Shown piece by piece: positions 61,359 through 64,000 of a stretch of 64,000 nucleotides of DNA. The position numbers and the translations under genes were made by a program. This stretch comes from Pirellulales bacterium. GTDB taxonomy: Bacteria; Planctomycetota; Planctomycetia; Pirellulales; UBA1268. How positions within the stretch are numbered: the first letter of the stretch is position 1; every line of letters starts with the position of its first letter. Location of the stretch: positions 44,755 through 108,754 of the forward strand of contig JAFMIU010000002.1 of NCBI GenBank assembly GCA_017853835.1, given 5' to 3'. The notes beneath the pieces are model-generated. The model had not been told where the DNA came from and searched no databases. It was given only the letters and a program-made list of their open reading frames with translations.

Positions 61359-64000
61359 CACCGACGCTCCTTTTCGAAGCGATTGAAATAGGCGTCGAGT
61401 CCCGCTCGAAACTCCTCGGGCAGCACACGGCCACTGGCACCGGTGGCCTGCTCCTGTTCGCCGCCCGCGCCGCCGCCGGTGCGATTGCCGCGCCCAACGA
61501 GTGCCAGGGCCGCACTCGACGCGATGCCCGTTCCGCCGCCACCGGCGGTGGTGCCCCCACCCCCGCCGCCACCGCCACCACCCGAGTTGCCAGCCGCAGC
61601 CTGAGCGGCAAGGAGCAGTTCGATTGCCTCGGTCTCGGCGCCAATCGCCTTGGGACCGGTGTCTGGGCTACCAAGAATGTCGGTCGCTTCGGCCATCACT
61701 TCTTCCACCTTCTCGAATAATCGGATCTCAGGCCCGAAGGTTCTCTCGCCATCGGTCTCCTCGAGGAGGCGCTCCACCACATCGACCACACGATCAGCCA
61801 GCGCGTCTTGACGATCGGCGAGTGCCTCGGCCTGCCCTGCAAAGTCAGCCGGATCGATGGCCGACTTGGCCTGTTGGGCAACCCGCGTTTCTTCCCTGAG
61901 ATTCACCTCGTCTTCGAGGATCTTCATCGCCTCGAGCACCACCTCCGGAGGCACGCTCTCACGGGGCGGCCCGCCACCCTCGCCCCCCCCGCCGCCCGGA
62001 GGCGGCACGAGGTCGTCCGCGAGCCGGTCGAACGTGTCAGACCAATACTCGGCCTGCGCGATCGACATGCCCGCCTCCTTCACCAGGTCGTCGGAAAGCT
62101 GGCGAAGACTCCCGAGGGTGTCGAGATCCTTCATCTCTTCGAGCACTGTGCGAAAGGCCGGCAGCTGTCGGCGGTCGAAGTAGGCCTGGAGATCGTCCAT
62201 CAGCGCCGACATCTTCTCGGTTTCTCGAGCCGAGGCTTCCTGCACATCACCAAGCGCCCGCTTGACCGGCTCCGGCTGCGCGGAGGCCTGACCAAACGCC
62301 TCGGCCGCCAGTCTTGCGATCCGGCTGCCGATCTCGCCTTGTTCCCGCGAGGCGAGTTTCAGCCGTTTAACGAACGTGCTCCCCTCCAGCCGAGCCATGA
62401 CCGCCGCCAGTTCGTCGGCCACTTTCGCAAACTCTGCGAGCAGCTCCTCCTGCGTGGCAATCGCCTCGTCGAGCGCCTCCTCGGTGGAGGGCTCGTCGTC
62501 GGGCTGCTTGCCTTGCGGCGGTGCCACCCCGGCCTGCGTCGAAGGCATCCCCAGCCGGCCAGGGCCGCCTGGTTTGCCACCCGGCTCATCATTGCCGGAC
62601 GGCTGCTGCGACGACTCCTTGTCGACCACCTGGGGCACGGCAGTGGTTTCGGGCGGCTTCTCTCCTGGCGAGGGAGCGGTTCCTTCGCTTCCGGATCGCT
62701 GCTCTCCAACACGCGGCGGCTCCTCACCCCCGGGAGGCGATGGTTCTGGCGGCGTGCTCGCCGTCTCGCCTGGCGTGGGCTCTTTGCCGGACTGGCCGTT
62801 TGGCATGCCTGGGTCGCCCTCGCGTGGCTTCCCCGACGCTTGCCGCGCCGCCGCAGCCTGAGCCAGCAGATCGGCCACGCTGGGCATCCGTGATTCGGCG
62901 ATGTCGGCGAGGGTTTGGATGTCTTCGGCGAGTTCCTCCAGCATGGCCGCCTCGAACTCGGGATTCTTGATCGCTTCACGAACGAGATCGGCACCCTCGT
63001 TGACGAGCCGCTCAAGGCGTCGCGCGTTGGCCTCCTCGGCAGCCGCCTGAGACTCGATCTTCGATCGCGTTTCGGGTGATCCAAGCTGTTCAGCCGGAAG
63101 CTGTCGGAGCTGCTTGTTGGTTGCCAGGAGCGTCATCTCACGATCCCGCACCTCGCTCGCCTGCTGACGAAACTGCTGGAGCCTCGCATTCAGCACGAGC
63201 GCATGCTCGCCACGATCGAGTATGTAGAGCACCAGCGGTGTCGAGACCGCACGAGCGCGTCCCGGATAGTAGTCTTCGGCATACCCGCGGATCGCGATCA
63301 ACTGCGGTCGGATGCCGAGCGCTTCCGGACAGAACGTGGCGGACGCATCGATCAGTTCCACGTCACCTCCGCCGGCCTGAAGCACGCGTCCACCCTTTTC
63401 GAGACTGGCGGCATCGGCCGGGCCGTTTCCGTAGCCGTCATCGAGCCCCTGCCATTCAAGACCAACTCTCCGAACCCCGTAGTCGTCTCGCGCGGCCACC
63501 TTGAACTTCAGCACATCGCTCTCCAGCAGGATGCCGCGGGTTTGCGGCACGTCGAGCATCGCCACCGAGGGCGGCTCGTCGGCTCGGGGAGCGACGGTGA
63601 GTTCGAGCGGTGCTGCTGCGTCGAGCCCATCGGCGTCTTTCCAACTCAAAACAATACGACGCTCTTCCTCGACCACCTCGGGCTCGGTGCGGATCACCGA
63701 GCCGTCGGGCTGACACGCAACACCGCCCACGCTGGCGGTCGCCAGTTCACGGTTCGCGGTGGCCACGATCGAAACCTTCGTCCCCTTGACCGGCGCGAGC
63801 ACGCCTCCGCGGATGTCCTGTCGCACGATGGCCGGCCGTTGCAGGTAGTCGGGGAGGTGGAGTTCCGCTTCGAGGCCCTCAAGTTCCGGGCGATGCACCG
63901 CCGCAACGCGCACCGACTGCCTGGCATCGCCAATGGCGATCACGAGCGGTCCATCCTCAACCTGGGGCGGCACCTCGAATGCGTAGCCATCGCCGTCGAG
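61358..64000 (-). CDS. large envelope-associated protein, C-terminal >=880 aa (operon gene 1; N-terminus beyond window end)
   Basis: The reading frame is open from 61358 to the window edge; the track lists 61358..63973. It contains beta-rich modules, then coiled-coil segments, then a Pro/Glu/Gly-rich disordered region. After an SGGGGGGGGGTTAGGGGTG run it ends with the tail LPEEFRAGLDAYFNRFEKERR. It resembles DUF4175-type proteins from MoxR/vWA neighbourhoods. That resemblance is recalled, not searched. Confidence 0.7.
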   Translation of the reverse strand, partial: LDGDGYAFEVPPQVEDGPLVIAIGDARQSVRVAAVHRPELEGLEAELHLPDYLQRPAIVRQDIRGGVLAPVKGTKVSIVATANRELATASVGGVACQPDGSVIRTEPEVVEEERRIVLSWKDADGLDAAAPLELTVAPRADEPPSVAMLDVPQTRGILLESDVLKFKVAARDDYGVRRVGLEWQGLDDGYGNGPADAASLEKGGRVLQAGGGDVELIDASATFCPEALGIRPQLIAIRGYAEDYYPGRARAVSTPLVLYILDRGEHALVLNARLQQFRQQASEVRDREMTLLATNKQLRQLPAEQLGSPETRSKIESQAAAEEANARRLERLVNEGADLVREAIKNPEFEAAMLEELAEDIQTLADIAESRMPSVADLLAQAAAARQASGKPREGDPGMPNGQSGKEPTPGETASTPPEPSPPGGEEPPRVGEQRSGSEGTAPSPGEKPPETTAVPQVVDKESSQQPSGNDEPGGKPGGPGRLGMPSTQAGVAPPQGKQPDDEPSTEEALDEAIATQEELLAEFAKVADELAAVMARLEGSTFVKRLKLASREQGEIGSRIARLAAEAFGQASAQPEPVKRALGDVQEASARETEKMSALMDDLQAYFDRRQLPAFRTVLEEMKDLDTLGSLRQLSDDLVKEAGMSIAQAEYWSDTFDRLADDLVPPPGGGGGEGGGPPRESVPPEVVLEAMKILEDEVNLREETRVAQQAKSAIDPADFAGQAEALADRQDALADRVVDVVERLLEETDGERTFGPEIRLFEKVEEVMAEATDILGSPDTGPKAIGAETEAIELLLAAQAAAGNSGGGGGGGGGGTTAGGGGTGIASSAALALVGRGNRTGGGAGGEQEQATGASGRVLPEEFRAGLDAYFNRFEKERR

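Overview
High-GC (~65-70%), gene-dense chromosomal window. Gene content suggests Planctomycetota: a YTV-repeat Cys-rich protein, a BBP7-like beta-barrel, Fae, a type III glutamine synthetase and many signal-anchored hypotheticals. I support about 52 protein-coding genes. By eye I found no rRNA, tRNA, CRISPR array, IS element or prophage. Most of the window is housekeeping: heme biosynthesis (hemA/hemE), nucleoside salvage (nupC-deoA-upp/cdd), glnN-rsmG, apbE, ion and phosphate transporters, and a PhoB/PhoR-like two-component pair. The parts that deserve a second look are listed below.

- A cheA-cheW-mcp-cheB-cheR operon has no CheY and no flagellar context. It sits convergent to a STAS + REC-PP2C partner-switching pair, and its CheB carries an extra N-terminal pseudo-receiver (Asp->Asn).
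- A translationally coupled four-gene envelope operon of unknown function runs off the window end. It encodes a large partial protein with a poly-Gly run, a prenyltransferase-like alpha/alpha-toroid protein and two L-S/D-x-x-Q-motif proteins.
- A MiaE-like diiron protein gene is coupled to a TPCP-motif (P1B-5-like) P-type ATPase that lacks metal-binding and hemerythrin domains.
- A highly repetitive YTV/Cys-rich exported protein lies next to a beta-barrel gene.
- An orphan flavin-dependent-halogenase-like gene carries both GxGxxG and WxWxIP motifs.
- Several perfect palindromes and micro-duplications are present.

All functional calls come from motif recognition by eye. No database search was run. 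Many long ORFs in the supplied track are antisense or out-of-frame shadow ORFs, as is typical of high-GC DNA.
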